Shown: positions 12,483 through 26,600, counted from the first letter of the whole stretch. The stretch is DNA of 63,512 nucleotides, filler included, from Reclinomonas americana ATCC 50394 (GCA_048213135.1; 16 parts of 16 records of this genome joined end to end with filler, not necessarily neighbours in it); one strand, 5' to 3'. Numbers and translations are program-made. The notes: a model not told the origin generated them from the sequence alone.

Positions 12483-15400
12483 TTACTCCACACGCCCATA
12501 GGTGCGGCGGTACAGCTTGTCCACCGAGGCCAAGAAGAACGTACCGGGTGCGAGGTTCTGCGTGCCGCTGGCCGGCTGCAGGTCGTTGGTGCCGTACGAC
12601 TTTTCGCGCTGAGCCAGCACCTGCACACATAGCAAGAAAGTGTGAGCCACGGCAACAGCGACCACTGCTGTTACCACAAGCTGCGATCGAACCTGAGTGA
12701 ATGTCTCAGGGTCGACCTTTACGCGCTGCGCCAGTCGGTTCTCCAAGTCGAGCTGGCGCTGAATGTTGGCCAGCGAGAACACTGGCGAGGCGGTCTTGCG
12801 ACCAGCCAGCACAAACATGGTGGAGCAGAGACCGGAGCCGTACGAGAACATCAACACACGCTTGCTTGTCTGCGCATCGCCAACACATCAAGTCAGTCAG
12901 CTGCCTGTCAGTCGAGAAGGATCGGAGGAGAGCAAACGCACCAGATGATCGCCCTGCTTGGCGACAGTGCCGACCAGCGACGCCCACAGCGATGCCGTGT
13001 ACGAGTTGCCGAGCTCCTCGCTCAGGAACGTGCCAGGAGCAACGCGGTGCTCGAACAGCTTCTTGCTGGCGGCCACAAAGGTCTGCCGTGCAATGGAGAC
13101 GGTGAATAGTCAAATAAAGGGATTGAGAAGAGTTATTTGATTTTGTCTTGTCTCTCAGGCAGGTTCTCTGATTGCGACGAACCCAGATCTCTCGCTTTGC
13201 GTCGCAGTCTGATCTCTCTGATTGCAAGGCAGGCTCTTTGACTCTCTCTCTCTCTCTCTCTCACTTCGCATCGCGTCAGACCTCTCTGCTTGCACAGTGT
13301 CGTTCGCCTCTCTCTCTCTCTCTTCTTCTCTCTCGCTTCCCGTGCATTAGATCACTCTGTGTGCCATACTGACACCTTTACATCGTCACTCTTTCTCTCT
13401 CCGTTCACAGCAGGCCGCCGTCGGATATCTCTCATTACAATTCGTGCAGCTTGTAATCGCCACTTCTCTCTCTCTCCAAGTCGCAGTCAGATCTCTCATA
13501 TACGGCCAAGTCTCTCTCAATCTCTCTTGCAAGATGCGCACCCTGGTGTCGTCGGTCCCTCTCTCTCTCTCTTGTGCTCCCTCTTCTGAATCAGTCAGAC
13601 AATACCTGCGACGAATACCTTGGCGTCAGTCTCACTCTCCATATTGCAGTCAAATCTCCCTGCTTCCAAGGTGTCGTCCATGTCTCTCTCTCGCCCTCCA
13701 CGATCATTCTTACTGCAAGACGGACACCTTAACATTGTATATCTTTTATCTCTCCTCTTGAAGACATAGTCCATCTCTCCCTCTCCTCCTTCTCTCCTCC
13801 GTCTCTCCCCCTTCCCCTTCCCTTCCCTCCCCCTTCTCTCCCCCTTCTCTCCCCCTTCCCCTTCCCTTCCCTCCCCCACCACACCTTATCAAAATCCTTG
13901 TTGCCAAAGGTCTCCTCGTACGGCAGCGCAAGAGCAGCAGCCAGTTCCTTGTTGTCACCCACAGCCTTTTGGCGGTCAGCATCGCTCATCAGCTTGTAAT
14001 CATTGTACGGCTGCATACCAACGCCATGTCAGCGTGGTGATGACGCGAGATCACTTCACAATCACATCTCAAACAAACCAGGCGAGCAAACGACTTTTGC
14101 ACCAGCTTGCTGAACGGTGAGTGGAGGAGGAAGTGATCAAAGTCGTGCACCGAGCCGTGTCCCTTCTGCACCGGCAAGGTCACGACATGCTCACACGCAG
14201 ATGTGAGAGAGAGATGAACGCACCTTTTGCTGCAACTTGCGCACAACCTTCTCGTAGCACGAGTCAATGGCCTTGTAGTAGCAGGTGATGGAGAATTGGC
14301 CCTGCAGAAGAGAGTGAGCATCGCAGTCGAGAATCCACAATGCTCGCGCGCACAACGCAACATCAACCACCGGGTACTCGGACTCCAACTTGGGCTCTGC
14401 ACAAAATAAGAGCAAGTAAGAAACAGATCCAGCACGACGACGACGATGCCGGTGACAGCAACGCAACTATAGAAATCGTACGCGTTCTGCATGTACGACG
14501 CACGGAGACCGGGAACAAACGACAGAGGAGCATCGGGGCCAATCAGCATTGCAGTCGCGGCCACGCCACCTGCACCCACACGCAATCAGTTACAACAACA
14601 GACATAGACCAGACAAGCCAACACCACCAGGCGTACCAGTTGGACGCGCAGGTCCCGGCTCGTACACTGCAATGTCANNNNNNNNNNNNNNNNNNNNNNN
14701 NNNNNNNNNNNNNNNNNNNNNTTAATTAATTAANNNNNNNNNNNNNNNNNNNNNNNNNNNNNNNNNNNNNNNNNNNNGAGGAGGAGGAGGAGGAGGAGGA
14801 GGAGGAGGAGGAGGCACAAGAGGAGAAGGAGAAGAAACAGCAAGAGAAATCGAGCAGAAAGTGAAAAAAGAAGGAGAACGAGTTGCAAAGATATGAAGAA
14901 CTGGACCCAAGTAGATAAGCGAAGAACGCAGACGCCTGTGTTGTGCCATCTCCCTCGCCTCACCAGTCATGGTGATCGACACAATATCCTCCGCATCACC
15001 GCAGAACGCCATGTTGCGCTGCCCGAGACCCACAGTGTACTTGCCAGTCGACACGCCATCGTACTTTTCTGCACCACATCGCAGGCGTGAGAAGAGATCG
15101 CACAGGAATCTCGATATCAGCACACCCACCAAGATCTGTCAAGAAACAACAATCAGTCACGATCCAGTGCTCACACAGCAACAAAAACAGCACTGACCTG
15201 CTTGACTGACGTACGTCGAGGGGAAGTACACCTCCATGGCCAGCACACCGACATGCGAAGGACGCGAGTGCTGCGAAAAAAAAAAGGGAGAGTGAGAACT
15301 TCTCATGCGCGACATCTTCTCACATGGCGCACAGGGAGAGAAGACCGCCCCCACTCTCTCCTCTTCTTCTCTCTCTCTCCAGTGCACATGGTATGTGTGC

Positions 15401-15622
15401 GCGCTGGTGAGAGAAAAAGGAGGGCATACATGCGAGACACACACACACAGAGAGAGGCGAGTGGTGCAGTGCAGGAGTCGTTACTGCAGCAGATTTTTTT
15501 CGCAGTTTCTCACGCTTTTTTTCGCTGCTGGTCGTGCGTGTTTGTTGGGGTGAGACAAGAGAGAGAGAGAGAGACGCAACAGTGGCAGCGGCAGCGGCAG
15601 CAGCAGCGGCGACTGAGCTCAT
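12483..15622 (-). CDS. HMGCS: Hydroxymethylglutaryl-CoA synthase, multi-exon, central part lost in gap 14678-14777
   Basis: Exons translate to [116 protein letters not shown]; probable exon1 [14 protein letters not shown] 15622-15581. Confidence 0.95.
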
Positions 15623-15915
15623 GCGCTGCGGGCGAGCGACTGCAGCAGTGGAGCGAGGCAGCGAGAGAGCGCTGCGGCGCACCAGGGAGGTGCCGAGGAG
15701 AGACCACATGCAACGAGGGTGATGAGTGAGAGAGAGCAACAAGAGAGAGGGGGGGGAAAGAAAAAGGTCGGGCGCAGCGCGTGCGCGGAGGAAAGAGGGT
15801 GAGAATAACGGGCAACGAACGTCAATGTCGAGACTCGCAGTTCGGATTCTCACATCCATGCGGAGATGGGCCCTCCCCAAGCTCACACAACACTGCCGTC
15901 ATCTTCATTCACGTC

Positions 15916-17969
15916 TCACACGACAAACTGCACCATGCACAACAAGACATGGTAAGCATGAGCATCACAAAAAACCCGTCAACTCCGGTCCACCATTTTC
16001 GCTCACCTTCTCCGCCGGTCTCAGCAACTCCCGCAGCGTCGGCGTCACCGACACCTCCACGTCCAGCTGTGGCGATGCGCGTGCCAGTCGCACCAGCTCG
16101 CGCAGGTCGAGCAGGATCTGCGCCGACATCTTGTCCATGTCGGTGGCTTCGGCGTTCGTCGTTGCGGCGGCTGCACCGCCGGCACTCCCATCGGAGGCAT
16201 CGCGGCGCATGAGCTTCTTCAGCGACTCTTCTGTCTTGCGGCCCGTCTCGATGATCTCGCGGGCAATGTCCTCAAAGCTGCGCGCGCGCGTAGCTGACAG
16301 TCAGCGTCCAAAGACGACAACTGCCTCGCCAGAGAAAATACAGCGAGTAACTTTTTCATGACCACGCCGAGCACGCTCGAGGCCCACTCGTGCCGCGTGA
16401 AGCCCAGGTGATTTGGCATGAGGCCACACAGGTGCTGCAGCGGTTCGAGAGTGGCGGCCACGTACGGCAGCGGTTCCGCCGGCATCTCGCGCTGCGTCAT
16501 GCGATAGGCCGACGGTAATCTACGCAAGTCGGCCAGGTGGCGCACGCACAGTGGCGGCACGATGGCGAGCACGCGGGCGCCAATGTCGCGCTCGGCCACC
16601 GCCTGCAGCGCCGCCGTCGACTCGAGAATGCACTCTGTGCACGCACGTCCGTCAGGAGAAGATGGGGGGAAGCACTCGACACTTCACATACCGCTGACAA
16701 TCGACACCACGGCTTCGTCCTTGATTCGCTGCGTGCGCAGCACGCGCAGCAAGGGGCCCTCGACAAACTCGCCCATCTCCACCAGGTCGCAGTGCACGTG
16801 CACCAGGGCCTCCTGATCCAGTTCGCCCACTCGTTTCACGACGTACGTGCGCAACCGCGACAGCAACTGGACCGTCAGCCGCACGAAGCGATGCAGCAGT
16901 GGCGCCAGATACACGCCCTCCGACCACGTGTAGAGCAGCAGTCGTGCAATTTGTGCCACCTGGCCGGTGCGGAACGAGCACACCTCCACGGCGGCCGGTG
17001 TCACCAGAGCGGCGGGTGGTTGTGCGAGCGATTTCTCGGCTTGCGTGGCGATCTCTTGGAAGCTGCGCACAAAAGCAAAGGGGGTGAGAAAAGGAGAAGG
17101 AGGGAAGAGGGGGAGGGAGAGGGAGGGAGAGGGAATGGGAGACAGGCGGAAGAGTGGCAAGAGATTGCTTGTTTTGCATCGCGGGCACGATGGGGGAGAG
17201 CAAGAGAAGGCGACGGGGAATAATGGGAAGAGATTGCTTGTCTCGTATCTCAGGCACGATGAGAAAAGCGAGAGGGGGGGAGAGGATTACTGGGAAGAAA
17301 TTGCTTGTCTTGCAGGATGATTGGGTAAGCGAGAGAGGGGGTGAGAGAGACAAAGAAGTGAATGCTTGTCTCGAGTCGCAGGCACGATTGGGAGAGAGAT
17401 GGAGAAAGGGAGGGAGAGAGATGGGGAGGGAGAGACAGCGCTCGCGCGAGTGAGGGCAAAGTGGGAAGATATTGCTTCGAGTCTCAGGCACGATAGAGAG
17501 AGTGAGCGTGAGAGAGAGAGAGAGAGACAAAATAGAGAGAGAGAGAGGAGAAGACAGAGAGNNNNNNNNNNNNNNNNNNNNNNNNNNNNNNNNNNNNNNN
17601 NNNNNTTAATTAATTAANNNNNNNNNNNNNNNNNNNNNNNNNNNNNNNNNNNNNNNNNNNNAGTGAGTGAGTGAGTGAGTGAGAGAGAGAGAGAGAGTGA
17701 GTGAGTGAGTGAGTGAGTGAGTGAGTGAGTGAGTGAGTGTGTATGTGTGTGTGTGAGTGAGTGAGTGAGTGAGGGAGGGAGTGTGTGTGTGAGAGAGTGA
17801 GTGAGTGAGTGAGTGAGTGAGTGAGTGAGTGAGTGAGTGAGTGCAGTGCAGTGCAGTGCAGTGCAGTGCAGTGCAGTGCAGTGCAGTGCAGTGCAGTGCA
17901 GTGAGACTTACCTATTAGTGCCTCCTCTGCAATGCATGAGACGGGAAAGGTGGAGCCACCAGTGGCCAT
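15916..17969 (-). CDS. COG2: Conserved oligomeric Golgi complex subunit 2 (C-terminal half 15916-17063; putative first exon 17912-17969; middle in gap)
   Basis: Motifs TWSEGVYLAPLLHRFVRLTVQLLSR, LPSAYRMTQREMP..PLPYV, TGRKTEESLKKL, TDMDKMSAQILLDL match my recollection of the COG2 C-terminal region; first exon assignment is tentative. Confidence 0.82.
17140..17500. repeat. Intronic minisatellite, ~55-65 bp units (gagattgcttgtctc...ggcacgat)
   Basis: About six imperfect copies visible. Confidence 0.75.
17662..17905. repeat. Microsatellites (GAGT)n and (GTGCA)n
   Basis: Direct inspection. Confidence 0.95.
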
Positions 17970-18343
17970 TCCTCTCGCGCAAGCAAATTGTTGTTTGAGT
18001 GCAATTTCGTTTTTGCCGCCTGCAACTGCAGCGTGCGCCCTTTTCTCTTGCCCATGATGAAGCTTCCGTTGGTACTGTCAGGCCGTTCGCTTTGCTCTGC
18101 CTTTCAAGCAGTATTTATGTCGTTGCTACTGCAGCACGACGGTCATGGCGGCTGCAGAGTCGTGGCGCCCGGCCAACTTGCCTTACGACCTGCTGAGGTC
18201 TCCACGCATGCAGAAGAACAAGGAGAAGAACTACGAAGAAGAGGTGCTTACCGGGAGCAGTACGCTGACTCCTGCGTTGCGAATCAATAAAATCGAAGCA
18301 CCCGAAACCCATCAAGAACGAGAGAGGGCTGCTTTCCGATTCA

Positions 18344-19834
18344 CTACTTCGAATCCCAGAAGAGCTCTTTCTTGGGCACGATGACGGAGAGGGTGTGGGT
18401 GTTGGGGTCCCACTTGGCGCGGCCTTTGGAGTCGTCGACTTCTTGAGGGAAGGGGATGACGAGTTTGCTGAGGGGGAGGAGGAGAGGGGGTAAGAGGGGA
18501 GGGAGACAAAGAAGACAAAGGAGGAAGGAAGCGCAGGATGCAGGAAGATGAAACGGCGAGGAAAGAAGGAAAGGGGAAACTCGAAGATAATGTAAACAGA
18601 CGAGAGTCGGAGCAGCGAATAAAGAGAAGGGGGAGAAGGAAAGCAGCAACAACAACGAGCGACTGCGGCGGATAAGCGGATGCAAACATCAACACAAACA
18701 CCAGTCATGACGACAGTGGTAGAATTGCTTGAACGATACGGACGGGAAAAGAAGGAAAAGGAGACAGCGAAGAGTGCAGTGATGCAGGAAAGCTTAACAG
18801 TGGAAGAGAAGGGGCAACGAAAGTTGCAACAAGTCGTCCACCAACAATATAAGCGACTGCAGTGGATAAGCAGATCCACACATCAACACAAACACCAGTC
18901 ACGATGACAGTTGCAGGAAAATGAGAAGGAGACAGAGGAAACAGAAATAACACCGTGGACTCAAAGAGTAAGAAGGAGAGAATGAGGGAAGGAATCAACA
19001 ACAAAAAATCAAAGGAACGCACCAGAGTAGACAAGAGAAGGACAAGAAAAACCAGAGAGAAAGAGAGATTTCAAGCTGAGAAAATCACAGGAGAGACTGT
19101 GATCGGGGGTACACAAGGAAGAGGACGACAAAAGGCAGCAATCCTCCCTCGCCACCCATCACGCAACTACTTGGCGGTGGCCAGATCCAAGCCCTTGGAG
19201 GTCACATCGAGTGTGATTTCCGTCTGCTGGCGCACCCCGGGCAACTTGATGCGCACCGTGAGCTCCTCGGAGCAGCCAGAACTGGGATCGCGAGTCCAGT
19301 CGGCGCCGAGATACACGTCCTCCGTGCGCACCTTTTGCCGGTGCAGAATGTCGTACTCGGGTCGTTCGCGAGGGTCGTCGTCGGGTTGCTGGACGCGGAG
19401 AGGAGAAGGGTGAGAAGGTGGCAGGAGGGCGATGAAGAGCAGGAGGGAGAAAGGCGGCAAGGAGGAGAGAGAGGAGAGAGGAGAGAGGGAGAGAGGGAGA
19501 GCAAGGAGTGAAGAGGAGTGAAGCACGAGAGGTGATGCAACAGAGGACGAGGGAGTGCAAGTCCGCTTGGAGAGGTGAAGAAGAGAATGAGAGGCAACAG
19601 AAGTCACCAACAAGCAGGCAAGCAGAGACGAACCAACTGAGCAGCTAAAGATCAGAGCAATCGCCACAAACAACGTAGAACATGAGGGACAGAAAGAATG
19701 AAGCGGCATTCCATAAGCGGTGGAGCACGAGAGGTGATACAACAGAGGAAGAAGCGTTGGAATAATCCAGTGATCGAAACAGGTAGTGAGGAGAGGAGAG
19801 GCAGCGAAGAATGAGGAAGAGAAGCAATGAAGAG

Positions 19835-19869
<35 letters not shown>

Positions 19870-20191
19870 GCGACGACGGAGAAGCAGAGGNNNNNNNNNN
19901 NNNNNNNNNNNNNNNNNNNNNNNNNNNNNNNNNNTTAATTAATTAANNNNNNNNNNNNNNNNNNNNNNNNNNNNNNNNNNNNNNNNNNNNGGCGTACATT
20001 GTCGCGGAGGAGGCAGGGGCAGAGGAGGAGTGTGTGGAGGCGGAGTAGTGATCAGGGCGCATGACATCATCGTCGCCGGGCATGTATCCGAGATGACGCG
20101 GCGGTGGTTCTGTGTCCAGTCCACCGTTGCCGTTGCCGCGGTCTCCCTCGGGTGGGAGAAGGAGAGAGGAGAGGAGAGAGAAGTCGGCCAT
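18344..20191 (-). CDS. DNAAF6: Dynein axonemal assembly factor 6 (PIH1D3/Twister), multi-exon, spans gap 19891-19990
   Basis: MADFSLLSSLLLP; DDPRERPEYDILHRQKVRTEDVYLG..RDPSSGCSEELTVRIKLPG..EITLDVT; Y|KLVIPFPQEVDDSKGRAKWD..TLSVIVP (PIH1/CS-domain signature). Confidence 0.9.
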
Positions 20192-20514
20192 TGCTTGTGC
20201 TGGATGGGCAGTTTCAAACGTTGTCCTGCGCGCGCGACGTTTCTCATCTCGTGAGGGTGGACTGTTCGAAAGGAGAGTGGTGAAGTTGAGGACGTGAGTG
20301 GAGTGGGATTTCACCATGGAGTTTGGCGAACCTTCGCTGCGCCTCGTCGACGTCGTGTTCGAATTCGATTTCGCGATCGTTTCGTGCACTCAGCGGCGAT
20401 CCTGTGGACAACCACTTGCGAGACACCACCTGCTGCTGGCTCGATGGCTCGATGGCTCTTATGGCTTGATGACACTCAATGTACGTTATCATGCATGATC
20501 ACTTGTTGTCATGA

Positions 20515-21690
20515 TCACGTAATATTATAATACAATATTAAAAACAAACAAAACACCACATTCCAACAATGCGACAAATGTCCACAAATCCCTTGCCGAC
20601 GATGACCATTGGCACACCAACAATGATACAAACACATAGATGAATCCAACAACAAACAAAACACTTCATTCGAATTCACCACATTCCAACAATGCGACAA
20701 ATGTCCACTCCTCATTGCTGTCAAGCACTCGTACTCTTCATAATCACAGCAAGGCGACGAGTGGTGCGCGCAGCTGGCAACGCAGCAGCAGGTTGTTCGA
20801 TCAGCTCCGTGAACTCCTCGCGGGACCGCAACAACTGCTCTCGCACCTCGACCAGCACGGGCACGAAGCGAGCATGGAAATTGCCAAGCAGGTCGTCAAT
20901 ATTTCGCATGGCCCGCTCAAACCGCTCATCAGAGCAGGGCGTGCCAAACCAGCTGTTCGGGGTTGCATCCGCGGCCTCGAGCAGCAAAAAGCGGGTGAAA
21001 GCAGTCGCACGAAGCAGGATTTCACTCTGCCGCTCCGACAGCAGAGTGTCGTCGTCAGAGGCGGTCACCGTCCGAATGGTATCTGCAGGTGAAGCTTAAG
21101 TGGTGAGCAGCGGTTGGGAAGTGCCCTGAGAACATGCACCAGCACATAACTGATTGTTTGCAGGAGGAATCGGGCAACAGCAACGGTCGGAACTCCACGG
21201 CTGTTGGCGTCGCGAACGGGCCATTTCTTCATTTTTGACTCGACTGCACAATCAATCTGTGAGTAAAGCAGAAACAGGTCAAGAAGAGAGTCGACAGAGT
21301 GCATTCACCTTTGTCAAGGCTGCCGCCGATGACAAGGGCGTATGCCTTCAAGAAATTCTGGGCAGCGGTGGTGAGACGCGGAGACAGACCCACACACACA
21401 GAGACGACCCACACACACAGAGATGGCCCACACACAAGTATGCGCAGCGCTGTGTGGTTCTTTCACAGTCGCCATCATCATCCACACCATGACACTACAT
21501 AACACGAAACGCATCAGACTGCGAGTGGAGACAGACAAACCATGGGCAAGGCACGCGAATGGCCTTCTGGGCTTCTGGTACGAGTCGTACAGAGAAGCGA
21601 CGAGTGTCGGGCGGTCTCACGACGATGGGATGCCCTCTCAGAGCAAGAAGAATTTGATGTGTGATCACGAATCTATTAACCGACTCCACC
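20515..21690 (-). other. Fragmented hypothetical coding region or TE remnant with a SWIM-like CxC-x8-CxH motif
   Basis: ORF pieces 20721-21068 and 21065-21304 with splice-like signals that I could not join into one frame; YHCWCANGHRRQGICGHL near 20575-20630. Confidence 0.3.
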
Positions 21691-21729
21691 GATCATGAAT
21701 CAGGGGCTATTTGGGCTCGTCGGCCAATA

Positions 21730-21840
21730 TACCCCTCGTCTACGACTTCAGAGAGACCAAAGTTCAAGTACGATTACCAAGCAGCGTACCGACCAGGTGG
21801 CTTGCTCTCCGAAGAGAGGAAGCCAACAGAAGCGATCTGA
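21730..21840 (+). repeat. Short dispersed repeat (~110 bp); other copies ~10830-10900 (+) and ~31490-31600 (-)
   Basis: Core gtaccgaccaggtggcttgctctccgaagagaggaagccaacagaagcga recurs with few changes. Confidence 0.7.
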
Positions 21841-22176
21841 GACGGAGTGGACACGCTCTCCTCTCTCCTACTCTCCCGTGCAAGCACAGCGCGCCTCGTC
21901 GGACGCTGCACACGTGGAGGCGACGTGACCCTGTTGGCGGTCTTCGTCCTGGCACCGTGATGACCACTGGCAGCTGCATGCCACAAGAGGGAAAACACTG
22001 AAACCGATATCGATACCGACTTCCCACACGCTCACAGCCAGCGATCGCGCGATCGCTGCGCTGCGAGGAGCATGCATCTCGAGAGTTCGCGTTTCTTCGC
22101 TCATTTACCTCGCCGGCGTTCAATACTCGCAGCAGCTGCAGGTGCGGCACAAAAAAAAATTGCAGCTGATGATCAG

Positions 22177-22935
22177 TTAGTTCTCTCTTGCAATGCCGCC
22201 AGTATCGAATGCGTTCTTCAGCCGGGTCGCGGCCACGTCGCTGCGTGTCTCGACATACAGCACGCGATTCGAGCCCTGCATCACGAGCTGCAACGCGGGA
22301 CAGTGAGCGCAGTGCATTCACCGCGCCGGCGACGGAGGAGAACTCGTGCGTGGCGGTACCTTGAACACAACACCGGTCAGCTTGTAGCTGGCCACCTTCC
22401 CCGAGTAAGCCACCACGTTGAACGCGTCCGACTCGTTGTTGCCATTGTACAGAGCATACGTGAAGACCTGTGTGCACGTGGGTGGGTGGGGTTGATTAGC
22501 TGCTGCAGCGAGAACCCGAACATGCTGCAAAGTGTGCGCAGCAGCGTCACTCTCACCTGCGTCTGATCGTTAAACTTGAGGCCGCAGGTGTGCCAGTCAG
22601 AGACCAGGTTGTCCTCCTTGATCCTCGAGCGCAGCAGGACGGTCAAGGTGCCGGCGTGGACCTGCACGAGAGAAGACTCATCTGCGACCGCGACGAGTGC
22701 AGGTATGTCAGCAATGTTCATGTCGAACACGTACACGACGCTCATGCAGAGAAGAAGAAGATTGTAGGGGAGAAAGAAAGAGGGAGCGGCATGGCCATGC
22801 TCACTCTCTGCAAACGCAACAATCGGCCAGTGCCTCACGCAAGTCACTGCGGAGGGTACGTGCAGAGGCCACTGCGCACGAAGCACACAGAAGAAGACAG
22901 GCAAGGGCGAGCAAGGCGAGTGTGTTTCGGCTCAT
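22177..22935 (-). CDS. Small secreted protein (~150 aa, 4 exons), paralog A, possible PH-like fold
   Basis: Spliced product MSRNTLALLALACLLLCASCAVASARTLRSDLREALAD-YESSLVQVHAGTLTV...DWHTCGLKFNDQTQ-VFTYALY...GVVFK-LVMQGSNRVLYVETRSDVAATRLKNAFDTGGIAREN*; splice sites and frame conserved in paralog B. Confidence 0.8.
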
Positions 22936-23609
22936 GGAATATCGCGTTTTTTGTTTTCACGATATCCGACGCGAGCAGCAATTTAATGCGTCCCTTCCGG
23001 CACATGCAAACGGAAAATGAAGCACGGCTCATCGGTGCGATGAAAGCAGTGTGGTTACCACAGCTCGCAGCACACAAGTGACACCAGCAACGACGACCAC
23101 AGAAGGCGGACAAAACTGGACACAGCAGCCCAGTTGTCTCACACCGTTCATTCGCATGTGTGTGCACAGAGCAGCAGGTCGCGCGAATGACTTGTGAGAG
23201 TAGGAAAGAACGGGCCTTCACACAAGTACCTGCAACAAGCACGCTGCGGTGAGTGGAGGCGATCGCGGCACAACCTGGTGCAAGTGACTCACCAAAGAAC
23301 AAGTGCGGAATCAACGACGGCCACCGGCCTCAGACCACATGAGTCGAGGTCTGCTTGCAGCCAGGAGCGCGCATGTCAGTGGCACCGCAGCATATCCACT
23401 TGAAGGCCATCTGACGCATGCAAAAAGCAATCGTTAGAAAGCAGCGCGGCGTGGCGGAGTACGTACGGCACGCTATGAGCAGCAGACCAGACTTGGAAAG
23501 GTCTTATCGTCAGTGCTTCTCGTCTCCAACTTCTCCAGCTGCTCGCAGAATAACAAACGAGCATGAACAAGAGCGATTGAGGTGTTTCAAGATTTCACAA
23601 CGTGCAAAC

Positions 23610-26600
23610 CGTCTGCGAAAACAAGTAAGAGAGTGATGCAACGAGGCACATACAGAAGAAGTCTGCACACACCTTGTTGAACTGGTCACCCAACGAAGCA
23701 TGTGCGTGCGCGTCAAACAAATAGTTGCTTGTCTAACGCATTCCGCAGAGACAAAACATACCGGCTGGGCACACAGATAGAGCATTCTTCAGTGGACCCA
23801 GAGAACACAAACGATTACTGATACTCATGCGCGCACGATAGATCTCATTTACACATACACACACACACACACACACATGCACACTCAACTTCCTGCAATG
23901 ATTCATGCGACCATCGTCAATTGTCACCACGCATACCAACACGCTCCCAGTCAGTGAGCACAGATGCATCAAAACAGGCACACTTACAGCCGTCCAAAAT
24001 ACTTCTCTCTCTCTCTCTAAACACACAACAGTGCTCACCAACTGCACAGTCAATGGTGCAGAATCCATCGCCGATGCCGCCGTGCAAGAAAAAACACACC
24101 AACAAGCACAGTCAGTCAAGCACAGCAAGACAAATGCTCACGCTCTCACTCAAACGCGTGCACTCACCGACTGCATCCCAACGTCATGCCGTCCAGCGCA
24201 GATACACACGAATCATGCACAGTCAGTTGTCGACAACAAGGACAATGGCACAATCTCTCTCTCTCTTGGAACCACACGCACTTGCACATGCTGCACGACC
24301 ACACCCACCGTTGCGCACATGAAAACACACGGCGCACGCAGTCAGTCAATGACACACAAACATCTACGCACTCAAGAATACTTAACTTCCGGACGCAGCG
24401 GCTAATGACAGCCGTCACAATCGTGCACGATCAGCCACACTCAACGCAAACACACAGATGCAAACACACACACACACACGCGCGCGCGCGCACACGCACA
24501 CACACACACCTCCTGCATTTTGCCAGTTGCCAAACACGCAGGCGTAAATACACAAACACAGACCGCTCAGAAGACGGCAAGCTGCTCACCGTCTTCATTG
24601 CCAAACATCAATTAACATCGTCGAAGATAGATTCACTGTCAACAAACACGCCCATGTACAACACAGACGCACGCGTACGCAACTCGCTGCGTTTTGATGC
24701 ACCCACGACCATCCACCATTTGTGCACGGTCAGTTAACGATACAGACCACTTTGCAAACACACTCTTTCGCTCTAACACTCATGCACACGCAAGCGCTTC
24801 AAATAAATGCATACTCAGCTCGCTACAGCACATACACGAACACCGGGCACAGTCAGTTGTCCACAATACACCTGGCACACGAAAGATCGCACTCACATAC
24901 TGCAGCAATCCATGCCATACGCACACAGTCAGTTGATCTTGACAAAACACACATTCACAAGCATAGCGTACTCAACTCCCTGCATCGTCACACGTACGGA
25001 AAAATGGGACAGTAAGCAGATGTAGACTGCAACTTGCGTGGCAGGCACAAGCATACTCACATCCTGCACGAGCACAGTGAGCAGACCACCCAGAGGAAGC
25101 AGACAACATGCATGCGCAGACTCTGTCTCTCTCTCTCTACATGCGCGCGCACACAAGCACGTGCACACGCAACGTTCTGCATTGTTGTACGCATCGCAAA
25201 TCATCAAGCGCACCAAGAATGTATCAGCCAAAAGCCTCCATGCAAAAACATATGCGCACATACGCACCAGCTGCGTCACACACAACAAGAAGATCAGGCA
25301 TCTGACGCACACACACGTTGCAATCCCAAATGCATACTCAACTCCCTGCAGAATCACGCAACCATCCCCAATACGCCGCACGCAGTTAGCAGCGACATTA
25401 ATTCAGATGCTGTGCACCATCTTCCCGACGCACCTCCTGTTGTCAAGAATCCACCCGTGCAGAGACATGAGCTCGACGCACTCAATTGCAACGTATGAAC
25501 CAAGCAAGCAAGCGACACTCTCACCGACTGCATTCGCAAGCGTCATCACGAACGTCGACATACATTCACAAGCGCATACAGTCAGCGACGACACGCGATC
25601 ACCCATGAACAAACGGGCGCAAGAACTCACCCACTGCGTGCATCACCATCCCGGTCACACGGCACACACAGCCAGTCATTCACACCACACTCGCCCAACA
25701 CATGAACACGCTTACTCACATGCTGCATCGCCGACGCAATTAGCAGAGTCAGATGATGAAAGCAAGAACGAACAGAGAAACAGGAATAGATTTGTACTCA
25801 ACTTCCTGTACACAGCCACGGCATGTCAAGCGCGCACTTAGTCGCCAGACAATAGTGCACTGCAACAAGACGCGGGCGAACTCACCGCCTTCGTCGTAAT
25901 CGTAATTATCGGATTGAAGAAACATACAAATCACCACATCGACAGCAATCTCTCGCGCCACGCACGCAATACACTCACCGACTGTAAAGATGTAGTGACG
26001 CCCATACAAGGTCAGCTTTTTGTCAAAGAAACAAAACAGGACGCACAGAGCACTGCTCCATGCTTGTTTCTCACCGACTAACGCATGCAGTTGTCGCCAA
26101 ATCATTCCACCAGTCAGTCAGCTGACATCCATTCGCGATCGCAGCAAGCAAGCACACACTCACATACTGCGCAACATTACCAGACAATCACGAATTCAGT
26201 CTGACTGCAAGAACAGATCAACGATTGCAAAGCAAACGCAACTGCCTGAGTTGACGGATCAATGATCGTCATTGGCATTGAAAAAGAGCACAGTCAGTCG
26301 AGCGCACGACAGAAAACAACAAGCACCACTACTCTGACAAACGCGCACACTCAACTTGCTGCAAGTTCACCGTCATTTCCACCATCATGCAAGCAAGTGA
26401 GTCGACGAGCTTCATCACAAACAACACAACATACTGATTCTCACCGCCTGCATCAATGAACACAGACACAGTCAGTCGACGAATCAAGATCAACACCTCT
26501 CACTCGCAAACAATCGAATACTAACCCACTGTCACATTGTGTATTCATCAACATTGGCGCCGTTACACAAACACACACTGTCAGGGTATTGCAACACCAA

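Noticed and set aside
13140..13880. CT-rich degenerate repeats and ORFs inside HMGCS
   Set aside because: Intronic low-complexity sequence.
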